DNA of 64,000 bases from Chloroflexota bacterium (GTDB lineage: Bacteria > Chloroflexota > UBA11872 > VXOZ01). Under the pieces are notes generated by a model. That model saw only the letters and a list, made by a program, of their open reading frames with translations, ran no database searches and was not told the DNA's origin. Positions 28,075-38,667 of the stretch are shown here, in pieces. The stretch lies in assembly GCA_963662335.2 (NCBI GenBank), contig CAXXVD010000005.1, positions 512,001 through 576,000 on the forward strand, given 5' to 3'. Made by a program: the position numbers and the translations under genes. Positions within the stretch are counted from its first letter, which is position 1. Every line of letters starts with the position of its first letter.

Positions 28075-30618
28075 ATGCTAGACGCCGACACCAAACGCCG
28101 CATCGATACCGCCCGCGACATCCTGGTGGGCAAGGTGCCCGACCCCAAGAGCCAGGTGGAGCAGATCACCATCGCCCTCATCTACAAGTTCATGGACGAC
28201 ATCGACGCCGAGAGCGAGGAACTGGGCGGCCGGCGTAGCTTCTTTGCCGGTGACTTTGCCCGTTTCGGTTGGGCCAAGCTCATGCGCGCCGGCCTGGGCG
28301 GGCACGAGACGCTCAATCTCTACGCCGAGGCCATCACCCGCATGGCGGAGAACCCCGGCATCCCGCGCCTCTTCCGCGACATCTTCAACAACGCCTACCT
28401 GCCCTACCGCGACCCGGAGACCCTGCGCGCCTTCCTCAAGGTCATTGACGAGTTCGTCTACGACCATTCCGAGCGGCTGGGCGACGCATTCGAGTATCTG
28501 CTCTCGGTGCTCGGCGCGCAGGGCGACGCCGGCCAGTTCCGCACGCCGCGCCACATCATCGACTTCATTGTGGCCGTGGTCGATCCCAAGAAGGACGAGA
28601 CCGTGCTGGACCCGGCCTGCGGCACGGCCGGCTTCCTCATCTCGTCATACAAGCACGTGCTAGCAGCCAACACCGGCGCGGACGGCGCCAGCGCCCTTAC
28701 GCCCGACGAGCGCGAGCGCCTGGCGGCGAACTTCACGGGCTACGACATCTCGCCGGACATGGTGCGCCTCTCGCTGGTCAACATGTACCTGCACCAGTTC
28801 GCCAATCCAAGAATCTTCGAGTACGACACCCTGACCAGCGAGGAGCGGTGGCACGAGTACGCCGACGTGATCCTGGCCAATCCGCCGTTCATGTCGCCCA
28901 AAGGCGGCATCCGGCCCCACAACCGCTTCTCGGTGCAGTCCAAACGCAGCGAGGTGCTGTTCGTGGACTACATGGCCGAGCACCTGACCCCCACCGGCCG
29001 CGCCGGCTTCATCGTGCCCGAGGGCATCATCTTCCAGAGCCAAAACGCCCACAAGCAACTGCGCAAACTGCTGGTGGAGGAATACCTGGTGGCCGTGGTC
29101 TCCCTGCCGGCCGGGGTCTTCAACCCCTATTCGGGCGTGAAGACCTCGATCCTGTTCCTGGATAGGGCGCTTGCCAAGAAGAGCGACCGTATTGCGTTCT
29201 TCAAGGTGGAGAACGATGGGTTTGACCTGGGAGCACAACGGCGGCCTATTGAGAAGAATGACCTGCCGCAGGTCCAGGTTGAGTTATCCGAATATCTGCA
29301 CGGCCTGAGGGCAGGTGAGCCGAGCGTGGATAACCAGTTCAATTCGGGCGTTATCGTGGAAAAGGAAAGGGTCGCTGCTACTGATGAATACAATCTCAGC
29401 AGCGAGAGGTACAGAACTCCCATTTCCGGCAGTACAGCCTACCCATTCGTACCTTTAGGAGATGTGGCAGAACTCATCAGAGGGATGACATTCCGCAAGT
29501 CCGATCAACTCGAACAAGCTACCGAGGATTCATTGCCTGTAGCAACAACAAAGGCTGCGCAAGAGTCAGGGATTGTCGAAAACGCGCTCTACCACGTTCC
29601 CCGCTCGCTTCTTAGAGATGATCGAAAGTTGCTAAGTCCCGGCGACATTCTGATTTCTACTGCGAATAGCCTTCGACTGCTCGGAAGAACGACGCACGTA
29701 CGAGATGTCAGTCGTCCCACCTCATTCGGCGCTTTCATGTCTGTAATTCGACCGAATTCAAGCGTCTTGGACACCTATCTGATTCGCTGCCTTCGAACCA
29801 AGTTCGCATACGACTTCTTCATGAGAAACGCAAATACCACGACCAACATCTCAAACCTCAACCTAAGTACACTTGCAGACTTCCAAATCCCCCTCCCGCC
29901 ACTGGAGGTACAGCAAGAGATCGTCGCCGAAATCGAGGGCTACCAGAAAGTCATAGACGGCGCCCGCGCCGTCATCGACAACTACCGCCCCCACATCCCC
30001 ATCAACCCTGACTGGCCGATGGTAGAACTGGGCGATCCTGACGTATTCCGTGTAGAGAGTGGTGGCACTCCCAAGTCGGACTCCAAGGAATACTGGGATG
30101 GCGGCGTCCCCTGGATTACGCTTGTCGACCTGCCGCCGGACCGCTTCATCACAGAAATCACCACCACAGCGAGGACGATAAGCGAAGACGGTCTACGAAA
30201 CTCATCGGCCAAGCTGCTTCCAGCAAACTCCGTTGTCGTTTCATCAAGGGCGACCATCGGCCGAATCGGCATAAATCGAATACCGCTCGCCACCAATCAA
30301 GGATTTAAGAACGTAGTCATCGAGGACACGACCCGAGCGATCCCCGAATACGTCGCTCTAGCGATGACGAAGTTGGTACCAACCATGCAAGCCCAAGCCA
30401 GCGGTGCAACTTACAAGGAAATAGTCAAGTCAAGGTTCAGCAGACTCCAAATCCCTCTCCCATCGCGCGAAATCCAAGAGGGCATCGTAGCCGGGATTCA
30501 AGCTGAGCAGAATCTAGTCAACGCTAACTGCGAGCTAATCGAACGCTTCGAGCGGAAGATTCAGGATGCCGTAGCACGGGTCTGGGGCGAGGGCGCAACT
30601 GCCCGGAACGACTCTTGA
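28075..30618 (+). CDS. hsdM: Type I RM HsdM-HsdS fusion
   Basis: GQFRTP, DPACGTAGF and NPPF, followed by two TRDs with IPLPPLEVQQEIV / IPLPSREIQ repeats. Confidence 0.88.
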   Translation: MLDADTKRRIDTARDILVGKVPDPKSQVEQITIALIYKFMDDIDAESEELGGRRSFFAGDFARFGWAKLMRAGLGGHETLNLYAEAITRMAENPGIPRLFRDIFNNAYLPYRDPETLRAFLKVIDEFVYDHSERLGDAFEYLLSVLGAQGDAGQFRTPRHIIDFIVAVVDPKKDETVLDPACGTAGFLISSYKHVLAANTGADGASALTPDERERLAANFTGYDISPDMVRLSLVNMYLHQFANPRIFEYDTLTSEERWHEYADVILANPPFMSPKGGIRPHNRFSVQSKRSEVLFVDYMAEHLTPTGRAGFIVPEGIIFQSQNAHKQLRKLLVEEYLVAVVSLPAGVFNPYSGVKTSILFLDRALAKKSDRIAFFKVENDGFDLGAQRRPIEKNDLPQVQVELSEYLHGLRAGEPSVDNQFNSGVIVEKERVAATDEYNLSSERYRTPISGSTAYPFVPLGDVAELIRGMTFRKSDQLEQATEDSLPVATTKAAQESGIVENALYHVPRSLLRDDRKLLSPGDILISTANSLRLLGRTTHVRDVSRPTSFGAFMSVIRPNSSVLDTYLIRCLRTKFAYDFFMRNANTTTNISNLNLSTLADFQIPLPPLEVQQEIVAEIEGYQKVIDGARAVIDNYRPHIPINPDWPMVELGDPDVFRVESGGTPKSDSKEYWDGGVPWITLVDLPPDRFITEITTTARTISEDGLRNSSAKLLPANSVVVSSRATIGRIGINRIPLATNQGFKNVVIEDTTRAIPEYVALAMTKLVPTMQAQASGATYKEIVKSRFSRLQIPLPSREIQEGIVAGIQAEQNLVNANCELIERFERKIQDAVARVWGEGATARNDS

Positions 30619-30773
30619 TAGGCAACTGAAGTTTCTCCCGTTTCATTCCATTTGCCCTCGCAGAATACAGCACATCTGGCACAATCCTAAAGAATCCATT
30701 ACGATACATAGCATGAAGTTGTCCATGTGTAAGTCGCCCAAGCCCCATTGAACTGCACATATTTTGCTGTACC

Positions 30774-32450
30774 ATGGCGCGCAACAGTAACATCGAGTGG
30801 ACCGAAGGCACGTGGAATCCGGTAACCGGATGTACCAAGGTTAGCGCCGGCTGTGATCACTGCTATGCCGAGCGCTTTGCTGAGCGCTTTCGCGGTGTCG
30901 TCGGCCATCCCTATGAGACGGGGTTTGACCTCACCCTCCGGCCCGAGCGCCTCGAGCAACCGAAGCGCTGGCGGCGACCGCAGCTTATCTTCGTCAACTC
31001 GATGAGCGATCTGTTTCACAAGGACATCTCAACCGACTACATCCACCGCATATTCGACACCATGGAGAGCGCTGACTGGCACGTCTATCAGGTGCTCACG
31101 AAGCGAAGTTCGCTCATGCGCAACTTCGTCAAGCAGCGCTACCCGCGTCAACCGGCGCCATCGCATATCTGGCTGGGAGTTTCTATCGAAAACGCCTCGA
31201 CACTGGGGCGCCTCCGGCATCTGAAGCAGACGAATGCCTCCGTGCGCTTCATTTCGTTCGAGCCGCTGCTTGGCCCGCTAGGCGAACTCGACCTTAACGG
31301 CATCCATTGGGCAATAGCGGGTGGTGAGAGCGGGCCGGGCGCGCGCCCGGTTCAACGGGAGTGGCTTCGCGAAATACGAGACCAGTGTCAGGCGCAGCGT
31401 GTTGCTTTCTTCTTCAAGCAATGGGGTGGGCTCACGCCCAAGACTGGCGGCAATACTCTCGATGGACAGCAGTGGCTGGAATATCCAGATGTCAAACACG
31501 AATGGGCACTTAGCCCGCCGTTGCGCGCGGCTGGCGCGCCAACAGATGACTCAAGCGAGTTGATGGATGTCGGCCCGTGGGCGCGCGAGAAGCTCGAATG
31601 TCTCAGCAAGTATCTGAACGCCTATACCACTATTCTCAGCAAGTGGAGCTTCAAGGGTTACTTCTATATCGACGCTTTCGCAGGCCCAGGAACACTCAAG
31701 GTCCGCCAGCAACAAACGAGCGATCCGGCTCAGCAAACGCTTCTGGATCTATCCGCGAACGTCACGAGCGATGCCGGAGAAGCGGCATATATAAACGGAT
31801 CGCCCCGTGTTGCGCTTGATATCGAACACCCCTTTACGGACTACATATTCATCGAGGTGGACGAACTGCGGGTCAGACAACTCAAGGCGCTAAAGACTCA
31901 GTTCGAGACCCCGAAGCGCCGAATCTATGTCCGCGAGCAAGACTGCAACGACTATCTGCGCAGTCTGCTAAAGCGCAATCGGGGGCAGTGGAACCGATGG
32001 CGGGGTGTCGTCTTCCTTGACCCCTTTGGCATGCAAGTGCCTTGGGACACTATTGCCGACATGGGCGCAACCAATGCAATTGAGGTGTTCATCAATTTCC
32101 CCGTGGGTATGGCCATCCAGCGACTGCTCAAGCGCAGCGGCGAATTCTCCGATGTAGAGCGCGAAAAGCTCGACAGCTACTTTGGTACCGACGAATGGTT
32201 CGATTTGCTCTACCGGACTCGGCAAGATATGTTCGGTGACACTACGGCCAAGATCCAGAACTCTGGCGATGTTCTTGTGAAGTGGTACCGCAAACGGCTC
32301 AAGGAAGTCTTTCGCTATGTTTCCACTGCGCGGGAAATTCGCAATACCAGGGGCCGGCCACTGTACTACCTAATTTTCGCCGGGCCAAATCAGACAGGCG
32401 CAAGAATAGCGAATGACGTACTGCAACAAGGAGCACGGCACATTCGGTAA
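30774..32450 (+). CDS. tcmP: DUF5131 (phage Gp37/Gp68, three-Cys motif) fused in frame to TcmP three-Cys-motif partner
   Basis: IEWT..TWNPVTGCTKVSAGCDHCYA, NSMSDLFH, GGESG, FFFKQWGG; then GPWAREKL, YIDAFAGPG, GSP, FLDPFG, LYYLIFA. Confidence 0.8.
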   Translation: MARNSNIEWTEGTWNPVTGCTKVSAGCDHCYAERFAERFRGVVGHPYETGFDLTLRPERLEQPKRWRRPQLIFVNSMSDLFHKDISTDYIHRIFDTMESADWHVYQVLTKRSSLMRNFVKQRYPRQPAPSHIWLGVSIENASTLGRLRHLKQTNASVRFISFEPLLGPLGELDLNGIHWAIAGGESGPGARPVQREWLREIRDQCQAQRVAFFFKQWGGLTPKTGGNTLDGQQWLEYPDVKHEWALSPPLRAAGAPTDDSSELMDVGPWAREKLECLSKYLNAYTTILSKWSFKGYFYIDAFAGPGTLKVRQQQTSDPAQQTLLDLSANVTSDAGEAAYINGSPRVALDIEHPFTDYIFIEVDELRVRQLKALKTQFETPKRRIYVREQDCNDYLRSLLKRNRGQWNRWRGVVFLDPFGMQVPWDTIADMGATNAIEVFINFPVGMAIQRLLKRSGEFSDVEREKLDSYFGTDEWFDLLYRTRQDMFGDTTAKIQNSGDVLVKWYRKRLKEVFRYVSTAREIRNTRGRPLYYLIFAGPNQTGARIANDVLQQGARHIR

Positions 32451-32576
32451 GGGGTACGCTATCTTGTAACCATTGGACACCTCGCCTCATATCAGCCATA
32501 GGCGAAGCGATTACTTCACGTGGCGCATTTGAGAGTTAGCCTGAGTTGTGAATTGGTAGCAGACGGAGGGATAGCA

Positions 32577-32843
32577 GTGTCAGGGAAGCCAGCGCAAGCC
32601 AGGGCGAGTAATGAGAGAGAACGGCCGAAGATCTACGTAACCGCGAATGGCGCGCGCTACGTGAAAGCGGATGAGTTGTTGCGCAGCAAGCGGGGACGCG
32701 CTGCGGTAGAGAAAATGGCAAAGCTGACGGTCAATCGCCGCGACGGAGAAGCGCGTCCCCAAGGCAGAGATGGACGCTGGCGGGATTCCGATACGGTTTC
32801 ACCCGGCAATGACTCGCACCCACCGAAAGACGAGAAGCACTAA
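32577..32843 (+). CDS. Small hypothetical protein
   Basis: GGAGG RBS before GTG 32577; fills the intergenic gap. Confidence 0.4.
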   Translation: MSGKPAQARASNERERPKIYVTANGARYVKADELLRSKRGRAAVEKMAKLTVNRRDGEARPQGRDGRWRDSDTVSPGNDSHPPKDEKH

Positions 32844-32908
32844 TCGCTGTACTTGTAGTGGCCTCTTATCCTCTGTAAACATCCGCCGCATTCTTCTGTG
32901 AAGACATA

Positions 32909-33322
32909 TCACGTTAGGCGCGCCTCCTGGCCCTCGGTCGGCCAGCGGCCGGGGACGGGGTAGGCCTCCTCCTCGCCAGGCCAGGGGGGCATGGTGACGA
33001 TGGTGAAGCGCAGGGGGCGCGCGCCGGTGGTGCGGAACTGGAAGTGCGCGCCCACGGGGATGGAGAGACTGACGCCCGGTGCCACGTCCACGATGCGCTC
33101 CTGGCCGTCCAGCCGCCGCCAGACCTGGCCCGCGCCCTCCAGACAGTACCAAACCTCCTCCACCGTGCGGTGCGCCACGGCCACCGAGACCGCGCCGGAC
33201 GGCAGCGTGCAGTGCACCATGCTGCCGCGCGCCGTCTGCGCCAGCAGCCGGATTTCCGACCCATCCGGCGCGAGGGTGTCGTAGTCTTGCGCAAGCTGCG
33301 CGTAGTCTAGGGCTTCGTCCAT
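32909..33322 (-). CDS. Cupin domain protein
   Basis: APDGSEIRLL, HRTVEEVWY..G, IPVGAHFQFR, MPPWPG. Confidence 0.8.
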   Translation of the reverse strand: MDEALDYAQLAQDYDTLAPDGSEIRLLAQTARGSMVHCTLPSGAVSVAVAHRTVEEVWYCLEGAGQVWRRLDGQERIVDVAPGVSLSIPVGAHFQFRTTGARPLRFTIVTMPPWPGEEEAYPVPGRWPTEGQEARLT

Positions 33323-33483
33323 CCGGCTGTATCCTTTCACCCCCATCCCCATCTTCCCCCGCGAAGGCAAGGGGTTTTGCAAGAGTTTCCATTGGCATCC
33401 ACGTTCGCTCCTACGCCACCGGCGCAGGGCGATCATACTCTATACTAGAGGCAGGCGGCACACTTCTCTCCCAGGAGCAGCGC

Positions 33484-35541
33484 ATGACGGCCAGCGACCC
33501 GGAACACAGCGAGACGCTTGCACTAGACTTCGACGACGGCAGCGGGTTGCGGGTGGCGCGGGCGCGGTTCGCGGGTGAAGAGAAGTTTGCGTGGTCGTTG
33601 TTCGACGGCTACGACCGCGTGCGCATACTCACCTACTCGGCCGGCGTGGGCGCGCTCGTGCGGCTGTTGGAGCAGCACGAGTTCAGCGACTTCGAGTGCG
33701 TCTTTGGCTGCGAGAGCACCCTGCGCACCCTGAAGGACATCCTGGCGTTCCAGCAGGTAGCCGTCGGCGACACCCGCGCCGCCATCAAGGGGCTCTCCGA
33801 CGAGCGCCACGCCTTCATCCTCAGCCGCGTGCGGGCGGGACAGGCGCGGTTTCGCGTGCTGCGCCAGCAGATTGCCCACGCCAAGCTCTACCTGCTGGAA
33901 AACACGCAAACCGGCGGCACGCGGGCCATCATCGGCTCCGCCAACCTCTCCGAAACGGCCTTTGGCGGACGCCAGTCCGAGACGTTGGTCTGCTTCGACG
34001 ACGACGAAGCCGCCTGGGGCCACTACCTGGGCATGTACGAAGCCATCCGCGACCGGGCGTCCGACGAGATTCCGCTGCCGCCGGAGCGCATCGAGACAGC
34101 CGGGATCGAACTCCAGGAAGCGCCGGTGCTCGCGCCCAACGACCTTGCAACCCTGGTGATTGACAACACCGAGACCGAACCGCCGTCCGGCAACGGCCTC
34201 ACCCTCAACGTGCCGGCGCAAATCGAGCGCATCGAGAAGATGAAAGCCGCCCTGCCGCCGGTGGTGGCCAATCTGATTCCCCCGCCGCGCAACGGCCGGC
34301 AGCAGATCACGCCCGACGTCCGGCGGCGGATCATCAAAGAGTCCAGCCGCATCCGCTCGGTGCAGTCCGAGGAGGAGGCCGACCACCGGCAGCTATCCAT
34401 CGACCGGGACGCGCAGACCGTCACCCTGAATGGCGCGCCGTTCTCGCTCGCAGCCAATCTCACCGCCGCCAAGAGCGACGCGGACTTGCTGGCCGGCTTC
34501 TTCCGCAACTACGAGGGCACGTTCGAAGGCGGCCTGGGCGTGGCGCGGCTCCAGCGGGACTATTTCATCCTCTGGTCGTGGCTCTATTTCGCGCCGTTCA
34601 TGTGCGACCTGCGCACGCTGGCTGGGCACCAGGGCGACATCTTCCGCTTCCCCTCGTTCGCCATCGTCTACGGCAAGCCCTCCTGCGGCAAATCGAGCCT
34701 GATTGACACCCTGATGACCTCCATGTTCGGCAAGGCGTATACCATTGACAAGCGCGAGTTCACCAAGGCCCGCTTGCGCGACGTCCAGCACGCCTACCAG
34801 CGCTTTCCCGCCGTGTTCGACGACATTGGCAGAACCGCCATCCGCAACCACGGCGAGGACGTGATCAAGGACGAAAACCCGCCGCTGGTGGCCGAATACC
34901 CCTGTTTCGTGCTCTCCATGAACCAGGAACTCAAGGCCTTCAGCGACCAGATTGTCAAGCGCAGCCTGATGATCTACACCACTACCGCGTTGCCGTCCTA
35001 CAAGGAGAGCCTGCGCCACGACCTGCACCTGAAGATACAGCAGGTGCGCCGCGGCCTTTCCACGCACCTCTACCGCGAATACCTGCGGCGCACGCTGGCG
35101 GAACTGGCGGAAAACCCCAAACCCGATGACTGGCTGGCGTGCTCGTCCACCATCCTGGCCGGCCTGATCGGCGACCTGCTGGAGCAAGACCCGCCGCCCT
35201 GGTGCGCGCCGGTCACCTGGGACGACTACGCCGGCAAGCGCCACGAGCGCGTCAAGTCGCAACTGGAACACCTGCTGCGCCCGGCCACCCGCATGAAACG
35301 GGAAGGCGACCTGCCCACCGGCTGGCTCCTGGAAGACGATACGGTCATCGTCATCGAACAAACCGACACCTTCGGCCGCCGCGAGTTCGCTTGGGAAAAC
35401 GTCCCCTCAACCCTCATCGACGACAACGCCAGCGTCGGCGGACGCACGGTGCTAAACCGGCGGGAATTGGAGGAATTTTTAGGGGCGAAACTAAGCGGTC
35501 GGGGAAATAGCCTGCTCAATAGGCTCTTGGGCAAAATGTGA
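33484..35541 (+). CDS. PLD-family (NgoFVII-like) nuclease fused to a P-loop NTPase
   Basis: HAKLYLL..IIGSANLS single HxK motif; GKPSCGKS Walker A; AVFDD Walker B; AGGAG RBS before ATG 33484. Confidence 0.7.
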   Translation: MTASDPEHSETLALDFDDGSGLRVARARFAGEEKFAWSLFDGYDRVRILTYSAGVGALVRLLEQHEFSDFECVFGCESTLRTLKDILAFQQVAVGDTRAAIKGLSDERHAFILSRVRAGQARFRVLRQQIAHAKLYLLENTQTGGTRAIIGSANLSETAFGGRQSETLVCFDDDEAAWGHYLGMYEAIRDRASDEIPLPPERIETAGIELQEAPVLAPNDLATLVIDNTETEPPSGNGLTLNVPAQIERIEKMKAALPPVVANLIPPPRNGRQQITPDVRRRIIKESSRIRSVQSEEEADHRQLSIDRDAQTVTLNGAPFSLAANLTAAKSDADLLAGFFRNYEGTFEGGLGVARLQRDYFILWSWLYFAPFMCDLRTLAGHQGDIFRFPSFAIVYGKPSCGKSSLIDTLMTSMFGKAYTIDKREFTKARLRDVQHAYQRFPAVFDDIGRTAIRNHGEDVIKDENPPLVAEYPCFVLSMNQELKAFSDQIVKRSLMIYTTTALPSYKESLRHDLHLKIQQVRRGLSTHLYREYLRRTLAELAENPKPDDWLACSSTILAGLIGDLLEQDPPPWCAPVTWDDYAGKRHERVKSQLEHLLRPATRMKREGDLPTGWLLEDDTVIVIEQTDTFGRREFAWENVPSTLIDDNASVGGRTVLNRRELEEFLGAKLSGRGNSLLNRLLGKM

Positions 35542-35586
35542 TTGGTACAGTCAGACTGAGGTTTGAATTCAACCCTGACTAGCTGC

Positions 35587-38500
35587 CTATGCGACTTCCG
35601 GATGTATTTCTCCGTTCTCGGTCGAGAGTTCCGCCTGCCGCAGGACGAGTTGCGTCGCGTCTTCCGCAAGGTCTGGCGGATACCCGTACTTGGCAAGAAG
35701 CCGACGGACGCTGCGCCGCAGATCCGCCCGTACAGATTCTCGCTCAGTCCAGTCGAGTCTCGGCATCCTCTTGATCATCTCTGTGAGTTTCCTGGCCATG
35801 AGCCGGAGAGTGTCGTTCTTCATGACCTCTCTAGCCGATTCATTATCCGCGAGGGCGTCGTAGAAGGCAGATTCCTCAGTGCTCAAACCGAGTTCCTCAC
35901 CGCGTCGCTGGGCATCTCGCAATTCCTTCGCAAGACTGATGAGGTGAGTGATCATCTCGGCAGTTGTAATCGCTTTGCTTGAATAGCGCTGCATGGCGTC
36001 TTCAAGCGCCTTGCGAAAGTTCCGACTTTGCACGATGTTCGTGCGCTCGGTATTGCGTATCTGGTCGTTTAACAGTTTTCGCAGCGTCTCCAGAGCCAAG
36101 TTTTTCTGCTCGAGTGAGGCTACCCGACTGAGGAATTCGTCGCCGAGTATATCCAAGCGGGCTTCGTCTAGCCCTGCGACTGCGAATAGATCGATTACCT
36201 TGTCCGCTTCAACCGCGCCGCCGATAACCTGGCGCACGGCGTTATTGATGTCACGCTGTCGGCCGTTTGAGACGCCACTATCGGCGTCGTCTGCCAATCG
36301 CTTGCGTATCATAGCCACAATACGTTGAAAGAACGCAAGGTGCGGGGCGATTTGTTCAGTCTCCGGACGGGGAACCGCAAGCGCAAACGCTTCCGAAAGT
36401 TCCTTGACAAGGGCCCGCAGCCGCTTCCAACCATCGTCCTGGCCGAATACATGGTCAATCACCTGGAGATATTCGTTCAATACGCGCTCTGGCTCAACGC
36501 GCAGCGCTTGCTCATAGTCACAGCCGTGGAAGAACGCCACAAGCTTCTCGAAAGCCCCCAGCATTGCCGGCACTGCTTCATCTTGCACCTGCTTTACCGG
36601 TTCACCCATCCCACCGGCTTGAGTATAGATTGCGAGCGCGTCGGCTAGCTGGTCGGCCAAGCCAAGCAAGTCCACCACCAGGCCACCCGGCTTTTCGCCA
36701 TAAACCCGGTTAACGCGGGCAATTGCTTGCATCAGGTTGTGGGTTGCCAGGGGCTTGTCCAAGTACATGGTGTGGGCCGGCGGGCAATCGAAGCCTGTCA
36801 ACCACATGTCGCAGACGATCACCAAGCGCAGATCGTCCTCGGGGTCCTTGAAGCGCTCGGCAATGCGCTTGCGCTCAGCCTTGATTCGCACGTGACTGAG
36901 CAATGGCTCCTCGTCGTCGTTGGCGCCCGTAACGACCACCTTCATTGCCCCACGCCCGTCGACCGGGTCGTGCCATGCAGGGCGCAGCGCGCGAATAGCG
37001 TCATAGAGGCGCGCCGCGATGTCGCGGCTCATCGTCACGACCATCGCCTTACCCTCCATCACCGCGCGGCGCTCTTCCCAATGGTCGACGATGAACTCAG
37101 CAAGCCGCTCTATCCGCTCTTGAGCGCCGGCAAGAGTCACCAAGGGAACTCTAATGTGCTCTGAAGAGTCCGCTCCCAATGCGTCCGCTTCCGTTGCCTT
37201 CGCCAATTCCTCTTCCGCAACTTTCGCGCCCGCCTCGTCTATCGTCAGCTTGACGATGCGAGACTCGTAGTAGATTGGCTTCGTGGCGCCGTCTTCGACG
37301 GCCTGGCGCATGTCGTATACATCCGCGTACTCGCCAAACACGTGCCGCGTGTTTCTGTCGTGGCGCTCCAATGGCGTGCCGGTAAAGGCGGTAAAGGTGG
37401 CGTTTGGCAAGGCGTCGCGCATCCAGCGCGCGCCGCCCCGCACAAAGCCATACTGGCTGCGATGTCCTTCGTCTGCCATCACGACGATATTTGCGCGCTC
37501 GGAGATGACGCCGCGCCCCTCGGTGAACTTCTGGATAGTAGTGAAGATGACGCCTCCAATTGGGCGGTCAAGACGTTCTGCCAGGTCAGCGCGGCTCGAC
37601 GCCTGGACCGGATTGTCATGTAACAGGGCGCGGCCGGCGGCAAAGGTATCGAACAGTTGATCGTCTAGGTCATTGCGGTCGGTAATCATCACAATTGTCG
37701 GGTTCTCCATGCGCGGCTCGCGCATCAACGCGCCGGCCAGCATGAGCATGGTCAGCGACTTGCCCGCTCCTTGTGTATGCCAAATCACCCCGCCCCGACC
37801 GTCGCCCTCACCGGATGGCGGCTTCAGATGATCGAGTACGCTCGCACGCATCTTTCGCACCGCGCGAAACTGGTGGTATCCAGCAATCTTCTTGGCAATC
37901 TCGCCACGTTCGTCTTCCTCGAAAACAACGCAGGTTCGCAGGTAGTCGACTAGCGCGTGAGGCGCGAACAACCCGCGAATCAAGGCTTCCAGTGTCGGCG
38001 CGCCGCCATCTGCCGGCCGCCAGGGCATGAAGCGGCTGCGCTCGCTCGTTAGCGCGCCAACACGTGTCAAGAGGCCATCCGACACCACCAAGGCCAGATT
38101 GGGCACGAAAAGTTCGGGCGCTGTCTCCCTATAGTGGTCGAGTTGCTCAATAGCGGCATCCAGATTCGCTCCGGCGTCAGCCGGGTCTTTGAGTTCGAAC
38201 ACTCCAACCGGTAGCCCATTCAAGAAGACGGTTATGTCGGGTCGTATGCGCGTCCCCGCTGCACCGGTAACTGTAAGCTGCCGCACGGCCAGCAGATCGT
38301 TCGCCTCAGGATTATCGAAGTCGACAAGGCGAGCGCGCCTGACCTGTGTCTCATCACCATCGGCGCTCGGATACTCCACGTCGACACCATCGGTGTACAG
38401 GGCGTGGAACCAGCGGTTGTTCTGGATGAGCGATTGAGGAGGAGGCCGTGAGATGACGCGCACGACCTCTTCGATTTTGTCGTGTGGAAGAAGTGGATTA

Positions 38501-38667
38501 AGCCGGTGCAAAGCAGCCATGAGGCGGCCCTGCAGGATGCACTGCGAAGTATCCTCTCGCTCTCCCGCGTCATCTATATCTACGCCGCGCTTGGCCGGTA
38601 TGTCTTGGACGCCTAAGTACACGGAGGCGACATCTTCGACGAGTTTTTCGGTAGGAGAGGCAACCAT
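35587..38667 (-). CDS. hsdR: Type I restriction enzyme R subunit
   Basis: RPDI..NGLP..ELK, WHTQGAGKS, DEGHRSQY, FTGTP, MWLTGFD, QAIARVNR. Confidence 0.92.
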   Translation of the reverse strand: MVASPTEKLVEDVASVYLGVQDIPAKRGVDIDDAGEREDTSQCILQGRLMAALHRLNPLLPHDKIEEVVRVISRPPPQSLIQNNRWFHALYTDGVDVEYPSADGDETQVRRARLVDFDNPEANDLLAVRQLTVTGAAGTRIRPDITVFLNGLPVGVFELKDPADAGANLDAAIEQLDHYRETAPELFVPNLALVVSDGLLTRVGALTSERSRFMPWRPADGGAPTLEALIRGLFAPHALVDYLRTCVVFEEDERGEIAKKIAGYHQFRAVRKMRASVLDHLKPPSGEGDGRGGVIWHTQGAGKSLTMLMLAGALMREPRMENPTIVMITDRNDLDDQLFDTFAAGRALLHDNPVQASSRADLAERLDRPIGGVIFTTIQKFTEGRGVISERANIVVMADEGHRSQYGFVRGGARWMRDALPNATFTAFTGTPLERHDRNTRHVFGEYADVYDMRQAVEDGATKPIYYESRIVKLTIDEAGAKVAEEELAKATEADALGADSSEHIRVPLVTLAGAQERIERLAEFIVDHWEERRAVMEGKAMVVTMSRDIAARLYDAIRALRPAWHDPVDGRGAMKVVVTGANDDEEPLLSHVRIKAERKRIAERFKDPEDDLRLVIVCDMWLTGFDCPPAHTMYLDKPLATHNLMQAIARVNRVYGEKPGGLVVDLLGLADQLADALAIYTQAGGMGEPVKQVQDEAVPAMLGAFEKLVAFFHGCDYEQALRVEPERVLNEYLQVIDHVFGQDDGWKRLRALVKELSEAFALAVPRPETEQIAPHLAFFQRIVAMIRKRLADDADSGVSNGRQRDINNAVRQVIGGAVEADKVIDLFAVAGLDEARLDILGDEFLSRVASLEQKNLALETLRKLLNDQIRNTERTNIVQSRNFRKALEDAMQRYSSKAITTAEMITHLISLAKELRDAQRRGEELGLSTEESAFYDALADNESAREVMKNDTLRLMARKLTEMIKRMPRLDWTERESVRADLRRSVRRLLAKYGYPPDLAEDATQLVLRQAELSTENGEIHPEVA

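Noticed and set aside
30774-31490. Prophage, suggested by the Gp37/Gp68 family name
   Set aside because: No phage structural, replication or integrase genes in the window
33336-33376. Possible further CCCTC/CCCC-type REP upstream of the cupin gene
   Set aside because: Too degenerate to assign by eye
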